Part shown: one piece after another, positions 1 to 13,654 of the stretch
Layout of the letters: every line of letters begins with the position of its first letter
Numbering within the stretch: the first letter of the stretch is position 1
NCBI GenBank assembly: GCA_002269645.1
Contig: NIVC01003710.1
Location: forward strand, 17,352 to 81,351
From: Macrostomum lignano
Lineage: Eukaryota
Length of the DNA: 64,000 nucleotides
Direction: 5' to 3'
Made by a program: the position numbers and the translations under genes
Notes under the pieces: generated by a model
The model's input: the letters and a program-made list of their open reading frames with translations, nothing else
The model's database searches: none
What the model was told of the DNA's origin: nothing

Positions 1-450
1 ATGTTTAATATTGCGTGAATTTCCATTTTACCTCGTTATTAAGTTTTGCTGTTCCATAATATTTATCAAATTTTATAGTCTCACATTTCACATTATTGCT
101 TAGATTGCTAGGAGTGAATCTCTTGAAATCTATCTTATTTGACGAAATTCCTATTAATTAGCTACTAACTTATGTTGCTGCATTATGCACGATTAGCCCG
201 CGTAAGTGCGCGCTGTGTGTGTGTCTGTAATGTGCATATATACTACTGCTGAACTACTCGGAATATATCTATACATTTAATTGCAGCGTATAATGCAAGC
301 TATAAAATTTAGTTTGATTCTTTCCGTATGATTGATTTTATTGCTCGAGATTTTGACGCATATTATAGAAATCCTCCTGATTTATTAACACTCCGGAACA
401 TACTACATGTTACATTTGTCCATGCACATGCGTTATCAAATTTATATACA

Positions 451-1552
451 GGATCGGGATCAGGATCGGGATCAGGATCGGGATCAGGATCGGGATCAGG
501 ATCGGGATCAGGATCGGGATCAGGATCGGGATCAGGATCGGGATCAGGATCGGGATCAGGATCGGGATCAGGATCGGGATCAGGATCGGGATCAGGATCG
601 GGATCAGGATCGGGATCAGGATCGGGATCAGGATCGGGATCAGGATCGGGATCAGGATCGGGATCAGGATCGGGATCAGGATCGGGATCAGGATCGGGAT
701 CAGGATCGGGATCAGGATCGGGATCAGGATCGGGATCAGGATCGGGATCAGGATCGGGATCAGGATCGGGATCAGGATCGGGATCAGGATCGGGATCAGG
801 ATCGGGATCAGGATCGGGATCAGGATCGGGATCAGGATCGGGATCAGGATCGGGATCAGGATCGGGATCAGGATCGGGATCAGGATCGGGATCAGGATCG
901 GGATCAGGATCGGGATCAGGATCGGGATCAGGATCGGGATCAGGATCGGGATCAGGATCGGGATCAGGATCGGGATCAGGATCGGGATCAGGATCGGGAT
1001 CAGGATCGGGATCAGGATCGGGATCAGGATCGGGATCAGGATCGGGATCAGGATCGGGATCAGGATCGGGATCAGGATCGGGATCAGGATCGGGATCAGG
1101 ATCGGGATCAGGATCGGGATCAGGATCGGGATCAGGATCGGGATCAGGATCGGGATCAGGATCGGGATCAGGATCGGGATCAGGATCGGGATCAGGATCG
1201 GGATCAGGATCGGGATCAGGATCGGGATCAGGATCGGGATCAGGATCGGGATCAGGATCGGGATCAGGATCGGGATCAGGATCGGGATCAGGATCGGGAT
1301 CAGGATCGGGATCAGGATCGGGATCAGGATCGGGATCAGGATCGGGATCAGGATCGGGATCAGGATCGGGATCAGGATCGGGATCAGGATCGGGATCAGG
1401 ATCGGGATCAGGATCGGGATCAGGATCGGGATCAGGATCGGGATCAGGATCGGGATCAGGATCGGGATCAGGATCGGGATCAGGATCGGGATCAGGATCG
1501 GGATCAGGATCGGGATCAGGATCGGGATCAGGATCGGGATCAGGATCGGGAT
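451..1552. repeat. Perfect 12-bp tandem array (GGATCGGGATCA)n, about 92 copies
   Basis: Directly visible. The (GS)n and (DQDR)n ORFs are by-products of the array. Confidence 0.98.
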
Positions 1553-2076
1553 TTAGATTGCAGGTAGCTTGTTAAGAGATTAACACTTAATCGGGCATAA
1601 TGCACGATTAATTGAAGATCAACAATAGACAGATATCAGGAGAAGGGATATCCACTATAAGCCATAAATATACTCGGAAACTGCCACCCATAACGAGTTT
1701 TGCTATATTTTATCTTGAAAAAAATTCTAATCTTCATGCTGCGCAGTGCAGAGGGCAGACAGATGTTTTATGACTAGACCTTCTATATTCTGGTTAATAG
1801 AGAAATTCTTGTTGCGCAGAAAAAGGGGAACTTGGCCTGAAGGCGCAGAGTACGCTTGTACAGTTCACAGGAACCTCTGAGGCTCTCAACCAATGAGGCT
1901 TCCTGTACTAGGGAACCAGCTGCAGGAGATACGGGGAGAGAGAAGGACAGAAACACACTGCTGTACACTGCGGCAAGTCCAAGAACTCACAGTCTGGGGC
2001 TAGAGAGAGTGTGTGTGTTTGCGCTGGTAGTGAATATTCTCTTTCTCTCTGCCTCGCTCAGTTGAACTTGAATAAA

Positions 2077-3435
2077 ATGGTAGAGCCGGTAAAGCTAGCG
2101 AATTCAAGCAGCAATACGGCGCAGGGACTTTCGGCTCGTAGTCAGCCAAAAGCAAAACCACAGTTTTATTATTTAGTAATGAGCGAGAAATTTTCCTGGT
2201 TGGAATTTCACCAAGAGTTGAAGTGTGCCGGCCTCACCAAAAAGAGGGCCGCCTTTCAAACCCGGATTGGCGAGCTGGTGGAAGGCGTCGCAGCCGCCGT
2301 GGTTGGCATCAGCGGCGAGTCCTACTACGACTGGATGATGACGGGCAGCTTCGTGGAAGGCTGGGGCAATAATCTGTTCAGGCTGGACGGCGTCACCGGC
2401 GTAGACTCCGACATCGATTGGAGCCAAGTTGTCAAGCACAAGGTGTACCACCTGCGCAGCACCTGCCACTCTGTGGTTGACTGCATCAATAGGAAAGACT
2501 ACGAGTTGAAAAATGGGCATATTGTTGTGAAGAACAGCAGTGAGTGTTGCATTGGATTGCATTGTATATGAAATCAATAATTGTGTTTTGATTTGACCGG
2601 GCAAACGCTCTATGCTTCATTTGTATGCAGCTCACAGTGCTAGGGGACCTAGGGGTCACTGAAGGAACTGGAGATACTCACTGAAGGACCTTGGGGATGC
2701 TCACTGAAGGCCCTTGAGGATGCTCACTGAAGGACCTTGAGGATGCTCACTGAAGGACCTTGAGGATGCTCACTGAAGGACCTTTGGGATGCTCACTGAA
2801 GGACCTTGAGGATGCTCACTGAAGGACCTTTGGGATGCTCACTGAAGGACCTTGAGGATGCTTACTAAAGGACCTTGGGGATGCTCACTGAGGGACCTTG
2901 GGGATGCTCACTGAGGGACCTTGGGGACCTACGCTCTGAAGGACTCGATCCTTTGTGGTCCATAAAACAAGCGGAATTCCGATCTCGCAAAATGACCTCC
3001 CCTCGGCTGTCAGGTCAGCAGCCGGCATTCGACACGAAGCGTCACGGACTGCGCCCCGACACGGACGAGTGTCACGCCTATCCGTGCTGCTCCTACCCGG
3101 CCACTGTGCTGGACGATGATCAAGATGAAGTCAACACTGACAGATATCCAGTGTGCGATAAATTTCAACAGATTATTAAGACGCAGTTTGACAACGAGAA
3201 TCCGATCGAAGATGTGCACTTTGTTCGGGCCAGCGTGCCAGGCGAGGTGAACCAGCTGCGCCTAAGCTGCACTAGGCAGGAGCGCTTCATAATGAGTCAG
3301 CTAAGCACAGTTCAAGGACAGCTATTCACTGTGCTCAAATATCTTTTCAAAACTAAGGAGGAGTAAGTATTGATGTTTCGTTCGATACATTGCCTGCATT
3401 AGTGTCTGTCGTTCTGTCTGTCTGTCTGTCTGTCC

Positions 3436-3479
<44 letters not shown>

Positions 3480-3482
3480 GCC

Positions 3483-3551
<69 letters not shown>

Positions 3552-6500
3552 TTCTGTCTGTCTGTCTGTCTATTAGATGAAAGCTTTAATGATGATCTGT
3601 TGCAATCGCAGCGAACGCAACCCTAAGTCGGAGAAGAAGATCATCGAGAGCGTGAAATCCTACCATGCAAAGACCTTGTTAATGAAGTTGCTGCGCGACC
3701 GGGACAGCTGGCCAGCAAACGGGCATGACGATGACGTAGAGGAAGATGAAGAGGCATCAAACAGGCTGGAGCGACTGGTCTGGCGCGGGCTCGGCTTTCT
3801 GTTGCGATCGATCACAACTAACCTTCAAGCTGCGGAGGCTGGCGAGGAGCCAAGCGGTGGGTGTCCCAATACAGACTAAGTCTGCTTCACTGCACTGCTC
3901 ACCTGATCACTGCTTACCTGAAAATCTCCTCAATTTCAGGCGATTCGAAGGAACCACCACAGTCTCCATCTCGGCAGGCTTCCGTCGCCTCCAGCAGCGC
4001 GTCCACGAAGAGCTCGAACTCGAAGGTTCCGCGAGTACTGGACCACGCACTGCTGAAGGACTGCGGTCTCTACTTGAAGCCAAAAAAGCCAAAAGAGGCA
4101 ACTAAAAGCAGCAAGTCGTCTATTCTGTCTTTTATTTTTCGATCGCCGCAGGAGCAGCCGAAGAAGGCGATATCTGCGATAGAGGCTCACGCTAGCGCTC
4201 TTGAGGAGATGAAGGAGGACCTGCTAGGTCTGATCGGCAAGCGGGGAGACATGGACGATGTGCTCGCTGAGACGCCTGGAATTCTGTGGGAGAGAGGTTC
4301 AAGCGCAGTCAGTGATTTGAACCGAGAGCTGAAGAAGCTGAACGAGCCGGAGCTGAAAATGGTTCTGGAAAAATTCGAAAAACTAACTCAGAGTGAGATT
4401 GAAAGCATGAGCCAGAGTAAGGACACAAGTCAGGGTCAGGGCGCTAGCCGTAGCCAGGGTGAGGACACAAGTCAGGGTCAGGGCGCTAGCCATAGCCAGA
4501 GTGAGGACCCAAGTCAGGGTCAGGGCGCTAGCCGTAGCCAGGGTGAGGACACAAGTCAGGGCCAGGGCGCTAGCCATAGCCAGAGTGAGGACCCAAGTCA
4601 GGGTCAGGGCGCTAGCCGTAGCCAGGGTGAGGACACAAGTCAGGGCCAGGGCGCTAGCCGTAGCCAGAGTGAGGACCCAAGTCAGGGCCAGGGCGCTAGC
4701 CGTAGCCAGAGTGAGGACCCAAGTCAGGGCCAGGGCGCTAGCCGTAGCCAGAGTGAGGACCCAAGTCAGGGCCAGGGCGCTAGCCGTAGCCAGAGCCTGA
4801 CTCGGAGTGAAAGTGAAAATGACATGAGACAAAGAGAAGAGAAGCTGCGCAAGAAAATCGCGAATCTGTATGGAAAACTCGGCGATACCTACAAGCTATA
4901 CGACGTTCTAAAAGACTATCAGACCCGAGTGACGAGTACTTCGGACGAAAGAAAAAAGCACGGCAAGAAAGAGGATGTCATCGGAGATGAGGCACAATTT
5001 CTTTTCATTCCGTTAGCAATGCTGCCGCGAATCACGTTAGACACTCTGCTTGACGAGAAGGGGCGTCGGTTGAAAAAGGAAAAAACTACCGGAGCTGCCG
5101 AAGGTTCAACTGCCGTAGCTGGTGAACGTTCAACTACCGTAGCTGGTGAAGGTTCAACTACCGGAACTGCCGAAGGTTCAACTACCGGAGCTGCCGAAGG
5201 TTCAACTACCGGAGCTGCCGAAGGCTCAACTGCCGTAGCTGGTGAAGATTCAACTACCGTAGCTGGCGAAGGTTCAACTACCGGAGCTGCCGAAGGCTCA
5301 ACTGTCGTAGCTGGCGAAGGTTCAACTACCGGAGCTGGCGAAGGTTCAACTACCGGAGCTGGCGAAGGTTCAACTACCGGAGCCGCCCAGGGTTCAACTA
5401 CCGGAGCTGGCGAAGGTTCAACTACCGGAGCTGGCGAAGGTTCAACTGCCGTAGCTGGCGAAGGTTCAACTACCGGAGCTGGCGAAGGTTCAACTACCGT
5501 AGCTGGTGAAGGTTCAACTACCGGAACTGCCGAAGGTTCAACTACCGGAGCTGCCGAAGGTTCAACTACCGGAGCTGCCGAAGGCTCAACTGCCGTAGCT
5601 GGTGAAGATTCAACTACCGTAGCTGGCGAAGGTTCAACTACCGGAGCTGCCGAAGGCTCAACTGTCGTAGCTGGCGAAGGTTCAACTACCGGAGCTGGCG
5701 AAGGTTCAACTACCGGAGCTGGCGAAGGTTCAACTACCGGAGCCGCCCAGGGTTCAACTACCGGAGCTGGCGAAGGTTCAACTACCGGAGCTGGCGAAGG
5801 TTCAACTGCCGTAGCTGGCGAAGGTTCAACTACCGGAGCTGGCGAAGGTTCAACTACCGGAGCCGCCCAGGGTTCAACTACCGGAGCTGGCGAAGGTTCA
5901 ACTACCGGAGCTGGCGAAGGTTCAACTACCGGAGCTGCCGAAGGTTCAACTACCGGAGCTGCCGAAGGTTCAACGAACGAACCTTTCAAGGATTCGGCAG
6001 TCGACCAAAAAGCAATAAATGAGCTTAAAAAGGCTTACATTAAAGTCTGGATTGTACTGAGAAGCCTGAGCGATTCAGAGAGGAATTCATCTGAGCCTAG
6101 CCAGACCCAGGGCCCTAGCCGTAGCCAGGACGCTGGCCAAAGGCCCAGCGACAGCTCACTGCAGAAGGCCAAGCAATGGATCAAAAACAAGGCGTTTCTA
6201 AAGACCACTTGGCTGTGCCTGGAGATCATGGAGAATCTAAAGAATGGCCACATAGAGGAGGTGAAACGGCTCCTCAGGGAAACCGATTGTCAGCCAACAC
6301 GATGGATCAAACCAGAGAAGGATTACGACTTTGCCAAGCTGCTCAGAGAAAAGGACTGCGTATGGATATTTCACTACTTCATCAGGCCCAATATAAAGAT
6401 CAGCTACAACTACTTGAACGACGTGCAGAATCCGGTCGAAAGAGGCACCAAAATTGAAAAACGAACGGAATACGAGAAAGGCGAAGGCAGGGTGTTCGAG

Positions 6501-6761
6501 TACATTAACGGTGTGCGCAAGGACTGGCTGATTCACCTGGTTGTCAATCAGGACGACAAGAAAAGCCGGCAGCCGAGTCTCACTGTCAATTTCGACGGCC
6601 TGCTGGACCGATTCAGGCGTCGATTCGGTGACGGCAACGTGGACGTCGATTCGGCAGCACAGATAAAGGACGACGACTATTTGGACACAATGAAAAACTG
6701 CCTGTTTGACCCACGCGAGGCGGAGAGGCTGGAGGCCGAGAGGTTGAAAAATCATAGATAA
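2077..6761 (+). CDS. Mab-21/cGAS-like nucleotidyltransferase (cGLR) with long repetitive C-terminal extension; 4 exons: 2077-2539, 3014-3362, 3612-3856, 3940-6761 (about 1292 aa)
   Basis: Motifs in order: TGSFVEG...DSDIDW (GS loop and DxD), PDTDECHAYPC..YP, HFV...LRLSCTRQERFIMSQL..VQGQLFTVLKYLFK, KSYHAKTLLMKLL...W...LVWRGLGFL. The junctions CA|GTGAGT..CTGTCAG, GA|GTAAGT..TCGCAG and G|GTGGGT..TTTCAG have matching phases (1,2,1), and the exon sum of 3879 nt is divisible by 3. Confidence 0.8.
2656..2930. repeat. 23-bp minisatellite (CTCACTGAAGGACCTTGAGGATG)n in cGLR intron 1
   Basis: Directly visible tandem units. Confidence 0.95.
3404..3570. repeat. (TCTG)n microsatellite in cGLR intron 2
   Basis: Directly visible. 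Confidence 0.97.
4405..4795 (+). repeat. Coding 42-bp repeat (SQGQGASRSQSEDP), about 9 copies
   Basis: In-frame tandem repeat within the last cGLR exon. Confidence 0.93.
5086..5975 (+). repeat. Coding 24-bp repeat (AGEGSTTG-like), about 37 copies, with a 360-bp higher-order duplication
   Basis: Lines starting 5161 and 5521 are identical, and the identity continues for several lines. Confidence 0.93.
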
Positions 6762-7951
6762 ACAAACTACGCAAATGATTTCGATTGTATTTTGGACTGA
6801 GTCATGAAACTTCTAGACTGGACTAGCGAGGTAGGAAGTTGAAAACAATTGCAGAATCTCAACTACAGAGCTGATCCACCCAGATTGCAGTGAAATTTTG
6901 CTCTATTTACAAGTGTAGCTTCATTACACTTTCATACTTCTTATGTGTAATTTAGGGCCAACAAGAAGTATAGAAGTAAAATTATTAATTTAACAGATTC
7001 CTGCCCCCCCAGTTACGCAACACCATAAAAATATTGTACACAATAGTTTTTTTCATTTTATAAAACTTAATCTCATCAATTCAAATTTCAAGTCTATATT
7101 TACAATGGTTTTATTGTCTTGTTTATCATCGACAAAGTTTAATTTAAATTTTTATATCATTTTCTTTTTTTGTTCGCAGCTAGACTCTGGCAGCTCGCGG
7201 GAGTAGACTTTCTAGTAGTATAGAATGCTTGATAAAGCTTTTTTGTAATATTAACGAAATAATGAATCTGTAATAGATGAGATCAATAATCAATGCAGTA
7301 TATAAATGTGTCTTAGGATAGGCTCATTTGTTCGATTTAGAGGCCTTAGAGGCTAGCTAGCTTTTCTGCTCCATGTATAATTATAGAATTATTATTCGCA
7401 GCTCGCCTACTCGAATTTTTGCCTTAAAAGTAGTCTGATTAGGACATTTTTTCGCGTAGCAAAAAAAGCAAGCTTCATTTAGCATTCTGTGTGTAATTCT
7501 GCAGAGTAAAGTTCCTGATTTATTCTAAGAAGCCAATGCCATTTTTTTCATTCAGAGCCAATCAAATCGTTTTTCTCAAAACAAACCGATCTACTGACAT
7601 TCTTATCATTATTAAAAGAAACATAAGCGTACTTTTTATTCAACAATTATTGCATACGGTAAATGTTAATTTTTTTGTTTAGCTAGTAAAATATATTTAA
7701 CGCACTGTGAATGAAATAGTCAAAGCATATAGTGCGCACGCACCAAATTAAATTTTACGTTGCAAGTAGTTTAATACGCGTATTACTCGTATTTACATGA
7801 AAAAAACAATCTAAAACACTAATTACAAAACAAGTGTACAGAATCAAAATTCAACAGGCTTTCGCGGCTAGCATTTGGTTGCTTGGAGGGTGGTTGCTAA
7901 GCGTACTCAACTGCAACAGATGATGGTGGTTGCTATGCTAAGCTCCAGTTG

Positions 7952-8752
7952 CTAGGCAACCGCGGTTGCTAAGAACTCTCCGCACTCGTACTTGGCCCGC
8001 ACGAAGGACTCCCTGACGTCGCTCGGCGAGTCCCGCCTCGGCCTCCGGCCATCTGGCAGTCGGGCCTCCAATACGGCGTTACCAAGCCGGTTGCCAATGA
8101 CGCACAGCGGCATAGCCTGGGCGGGAGTCCAGCTGTCCAGCGCCAGGGAGCGAACCCGGCTGGCGTGGGTGCCGAGCCGCCTGTGGGCGCCGGAGCACAG
8201 GATGCACACCAGCAGGCCGTGGCTGACGATCGCCCAGTCTGGCGCCGGGGCGTGGCAGTCAGCGCAGAGCTCGTTGCCGGGCAAGCTGACGGCCGCCTTC
8301 AACAGGATGTCGGCGGCGCCAGACTGAGACGCGGAGTCCTCCCGGAGGCAGCGTCGGCGATGGCTGCGGCATCGGCGGAGACCGGCAAGGATGCCGGAGC
8401 TGAGCGCCGCGAGCCAGGCGTCGCGATCGGCAGCGCTGGCGGCGACGAATCGGCGACGTCGGCCGTCAGCCGTTACGAGCTGGAAGGCGGCCGAGCCGGC
8501 GGAGGCGTCGGCGACGGTAGCTGCCGCCTGCGCCAGGTCGACGATTTCGGTCGCGGCAGATTTATTAGAATCGGCGTCGATGTGCACAAATAGGCCGTCC
8601 GCGGTGACCCGGGCTGCCCGCCTTCGCGGCGCGAGGTGGCGAAGCGCGTCCGGCAGGCGGCGTCGGGTCAGCAGAAGGCGGCCTTCGTGGAGGTCGGCAG
8701 GTTGGCGGTGGCGGCAGCTCTGCGTTGAGCTGGATGTCGGAGGCGTCCGCCA
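7952..8752 (-). CDS. PH domain + ArfGAP domain (centaurin/AGAP/ACAP-like), terminal exon
   Basis: PH: HEGRLL...FQLVTADGRRRRFVAASAADRDAWLAAL. ArfGAP zinc finger: GNELCADC..PAPDWA.VSHGLLVCILCSGAHRRLG.H.SRVRSL.LDSW...FVRAKY. Acceptor TTTCCCAG at 8753-8754. Confidence 0.93.
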   Translation of the reverse strand, partial: WRTPPTSSSTQSCRHRQPADLHEGRLLLTRRRLPDALRHLAPRRRAARVTADGLFVHIDADSNKSAATEIVDLAQAAATVADASAGSAAFQLVTADGRRRRFVAASAADRDAWLAALSSGILAGLRRCRSHRRRCLREDSASQSGAADILLKAAVSLPGNELCADCHAPAPDWAIVSHGLLVCILCSGAHRRLGTHASRVRSLALDSWTPAQAMPLCVIGNRLGNAVLEARLPDGRRPRRDSPSDVRESFVRAKYECGEFLATAVA

Positions 8753-8764
8753 CTGGGAAACCGG

Positions 8765-9282
8765 GATCGGAATCTTTTGTGAGGATTGGGATCTTTTGTG
8801 AGGATTGGAATCTTTTGTGAGAATTGGGATCTTTTGTGAGGATTGGGATCTCTTGTGAGGATTGGAATCTTTTGTGAGAATTGGGATCTTTTGTGAGGAT
8901 TGGGATCTCTTGTGAGGATTGGAATCTTTTGTGAGAATTGGGATCTTTTGTGAGAATTGGGATCTTTTGTGAGAATTGGGATCTTGTGCGGATTGGGATC
9001 TTTTGTGAGGATTGGGATCTTTTGTGAGGATTGGGATCTTTTGTGAGGATTGGGATCTTTTGTGAGGATTGGGATCTTTTGTGAGGATTAGGATCCTTTG
9101 TGAGGATTGGGATCTTTTGTGAGGATTGGGATCTTTTGTGAGGATTGGGATTTTTTGTGAGGATTGGGATTTTTTGTGAGGATTGGGATCTTTTGTGAGG
9201 ATTAGGATCCTTTGTGAGGATTGGGATCTTTTGTGAGGATTGGGATCTTTTGTGAGGATTGGGATCTTTTGTGAGGATTGAC
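8765..9282. repeat. 19-bp minisatellite (GTGAGGATTGGGATCTTTT)n, intronic
   Basis: Directly visible. Confidence 0.95.
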
Positions 9283-9380
9283 ATATGCAAATGAGATTTA
9301 AGCCCATTTGCATGCAGATCATGACAATCACAAATTAAAAGAACTCATTTCAGAACCAATCAACAGTCTATAGTACTCAC

Positions 9381-9461
9381 TTCATCTGGCTGTTCAAGGG
9401 AAAACTCGAGCTTCGATTTCAAAGTCGGTCTGGCCGAGCAGTCCTGACGCCTAGCGGTTTC
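9381..9461 (-). CDS. Probable 81-nt internal exon of the PH-ArfGAP gene (ETARRQDCSARPTLKSKLEFSLEQPDE)
   Basis: TTCCTCCAG acceptor, GTGAGT donor, open frame, phase 0/0 matching its neighbours. No recognisable motif. Confidence 0.5.
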
Positions 9462-9547
9462 CTGGAGGAACAAAAATTACAACCCGTCACTTAATGACCC
9501 GAAAGATTTTAGTTAGAAATAACTGGAGCACCAAAGATAGAGTGAGA

Positions 9548-10645
9548 AGGAAGGAGAGGGAGAGAGGGAGGGTGATGGAGCGAAGAAGGGAGAGGGAGAC
9601 AAGAAGGGAGAGGGAGAGAGGGAGGGAAAGGGAGAGAGGGAGGGAGAGGGAGAGAAGAAGGGGGAGGGAGAGAAGAAGGGAGAGGGAGAGAGGGAGGGAG
9701 AGAAATAGAGGGAGGGAGAGGGAGCGAAGAAGGGAGAGGGAGAGAGGGAGGGAGAGGAATAGAGGGAGGGAGAGGGAGCGAAGAAGGGAGAGGGAGAAAG
9801 GGAGGGAGAGGGAGAGAGGGAGGGAGAGGGAGCGAAGAAGGGAGAGGGAGAAAGGGAGGGAGAGGGAGAGAGGAAGGGAGAGGAAGAAAAAAAAGAGGCG
9901 GAAAGAAGAAACGAGAGAGAAGAAGGGAGAGGGATAGAGGGAGGGAGAAGGAGCGAAGAAGGGAGAGGGAGAGAGGGAGGGAGAGGGAGAGAGGGAGGGA
10001 GAGGAAGAGAGGGAGGGAGAGGAAGAGAGGGAGGGAGAGGGAGAGAGGGAGGGAGAGGGAGAGAGGGAGGGAGAGGGAGCGAAGAAGAGAGAGGGAGAGA
10101 GGGAGGGAGAGGGAGAGAGGGAGGGAGAGGAAGAGAGGGAGGGAGAGGGAGAGAGGGAGGGAGAGGGAGAGAGGGAGGGAGAGGGAGCGAAGAAGAGAGA
10201 GGGAGAGAGGGAGGGAGAGGGAGAGAGGGAGGGAGAGGAAGAGAGGGAGGGAGAGGGAGAGAAGAAGGGAGAGGGAGAGAGGGAGGGAGAGGGAGAGAAG
10301 GAGGGAGAGGGAGAGAAGGAGGGAGAGGGAGAGAGGGAGGGAGAGGGAGAGGAGGGAGAGGAAGAGAGGGAGGGAGAGGGAGAGAAGAAGGGAGAGGGAG
10401 AGAGGGAGGGAGAGGGAGAGAAGGAGGGAGTGGGAGAGAAGGAGGGAGAGGGAGAGAGGGAGGGAGAGGGAGAGAGGGAGGGAGAGGAAGAGAGGGAGGG
10501 AGAGGGAGAGAAGAAGGGAGAGGGAGAGAGGGAGGGAGAGGGAGAGAAGAAGGGAGAGGGAGAGAGGGAGGGAGAGGGAGAGAAGGAGGGAGAGGGAGAG
10601 AGGGAGGGAGAGGGAGAGGAGGGAGAGGGAGAGAGGGAGGGAGAG
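9548..10645. repeat. Polypurine (GAGGGA/GAGA) low-complexity tract, intronic
   Basis: About 1.1 kb almost free of pyrimidines on the + strand. Confidence 0.95.
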
Positions 10646-10709
10646 GCAAGTGATAGATCTACCGAGAAAGGGTGAGAAGTAGCCACACGCACTGATGAAG
10701 AATTCTCAC

Positions 10710-10910
10710 CCTCAGCCTCCATGCAAGCCCTGCAGGCTCCACAGCAGCAGCCGAGACCCGGTATCTCCTCTGTCTGCTGGCTGCCGCTGTCCAGAGCCGC
10801 TGCATAATCTGGGCAGCGCTTTGGCACTTCAGTGTCGCGGCATCCGGGCAGTCGGCATCAAAGCCAGTCGGAAATAATGAGCAAACGGATGTCTCAACAT
10901 GCCGGGACAT
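10710..10910 (-). CDS. Candidate first coding exon of the PH-ArfGAP gene (MSRHVETSV...AWRLR)
   Basis: AAAATG start, AGG|GTGAGA phase-0 donor, pyrimidine-rich acceptor about 30 nt upstream. No motif support. Confidence 0.4.
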
Positions 10911-11025
10911 TTTTCTACAAACGGTTGTTAGACTTGAGAGCTGACTGAAGAAGAGAGGTAAATTGAGATGGTGATGCCGTGACATGGACGGATATATATG
11001 TCCGTTTGTCAGTCCTAGCTGCTCT

Positions 11026-11062
11026 CTGATTGGCTGGCGCGGTGAGAGGTGGAGGGGCGGGA
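11026..11062. promoter_or_regulatory. CCAAT box (GATTGGCT) and GC box (GGGGCGGG), candidate promoter upstream of PH-ArfGAP
   Basis: Motif match and position only. Confidence 0.35.
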
Positions 11063-11510
11063 GGTCAAGCCAGGTGTTTGCGCGCGTCGATTAAGATAAT
11101 AAAAGGTGTTTTCTTCGGCGGATTTTCAACTGCAGGTGAAGGTAGGTGAAACTCCAAGGTTTGTTTGGCTCATTATTCAAGGAGAAGAACTTCGCGGTTC
11201 AGCACTGTGGCGCCAATGATGGGTCAGCGCATGGGCCCGTAGTGGCAGTGCTGATTATGGCTACTCATATTATCAATGGGCTTAGCGGGTTTAAAATGCC
11301 ACTCTGAGAATTGTCTGCGGCGATGAGCAGCTGATAGTCCTTGACAGTTGCGACTCAGAATAAGATGAGCTATTTTAAAGTAAGTGTGAAAAATAGCACT
11401 TGCCAACCAATTGTCGAGAATTGTCTTCAGTTATTGTTTTTAGATGATTTTCTAACTGAGGAGGGAGTAAGTATTGATATTGCGTTCGATACATTGCCTG
11501 CGTTAGTTTC

Positions 11511-12830
<1,320 letters not shown>

Positions 12831-13654
12831 CTTTATAGAAGGTTCTAAGAAAAAGCGTTATAATTCGCCCAGCTTCTGGGACGCCTTTACTTTAAAGTTA
12901 ATTTAATGGCCACCTTATTTCAAGGCAATGGTAACTAACTGTTTTCTGTCTGTAAAAAATAAATAATTAATTCTGGTCTCTCGTTTAGGTACAAGTAATT
13001 TAAACGATGCCAGGCCGCACAAGCGGACACCTGTGGGTGACACGAGTTGCTATGCTGGGAGCAGAAGGCTTAGAAAAATATTACATTGGATTTCATAACA
13101 GAAAGATGTTATTTGAGCCTGGGACTTTTGCCCTCAGGGCTTGGCAGTAACCCCCCTGCTCGTACCGCCCTCATTAAGAAGCCAATCAGTGTTTTCTATC
13201 TCCACAGCAATATTTCTATCACGGTGGAAGTGCATTTCAAAATAGTGTTATATTTATACTTTGAGCAGGCAAAGGGTCTTTCATCCAAGCGACACGGATA
13301 AACTGTTCGGAAACTTTCACCTTGCTGGCTTGTAACTGACTCAGATCAAGGTGGCCAGGTTAACTGAGTAACCGGTCAGCGTGTTTGCAATCAGCGGGAG
13401 CAGCCACGCGTCTTAACAAATGACCCGCATGTCTCCCAATTCTCATTTTTAGCTCTCTGGCCTCGGGGCTTCAATGAGTTCTCGGGCAAGAGAGGCAGCT
13501 CACAGTGGAGGCGGCTGCTCAACAGGGGTTCGCTTGTCGTGTGCCGACAATAAAGTCAGAATATCTGACCTAGATCGCTTTTTCATGCAGTTCCAGAGCT
13601 AGACAGCCGGAGAGGAAACTTAACAGGTTTGAGCCCTCGATTTTTAAATACCCC

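Noticed and set aside
328-1575. 415-aa (GS)n and 386-aa (DQDR)n ORFs
   Set aside because: Stop-free translation of a 12-bp array; no unique coding context.
4919-5989. Antisense Pro/Val/Glu repeat ORF (and 4383-4832)
   Set aside because: Mirror of the coding repeats on the + strand.
9487-10827. Long Ser/Pro, Leu/Pro and Arg/Glu ORFs
   Set aside because: Translations of the polypurine intron tract.
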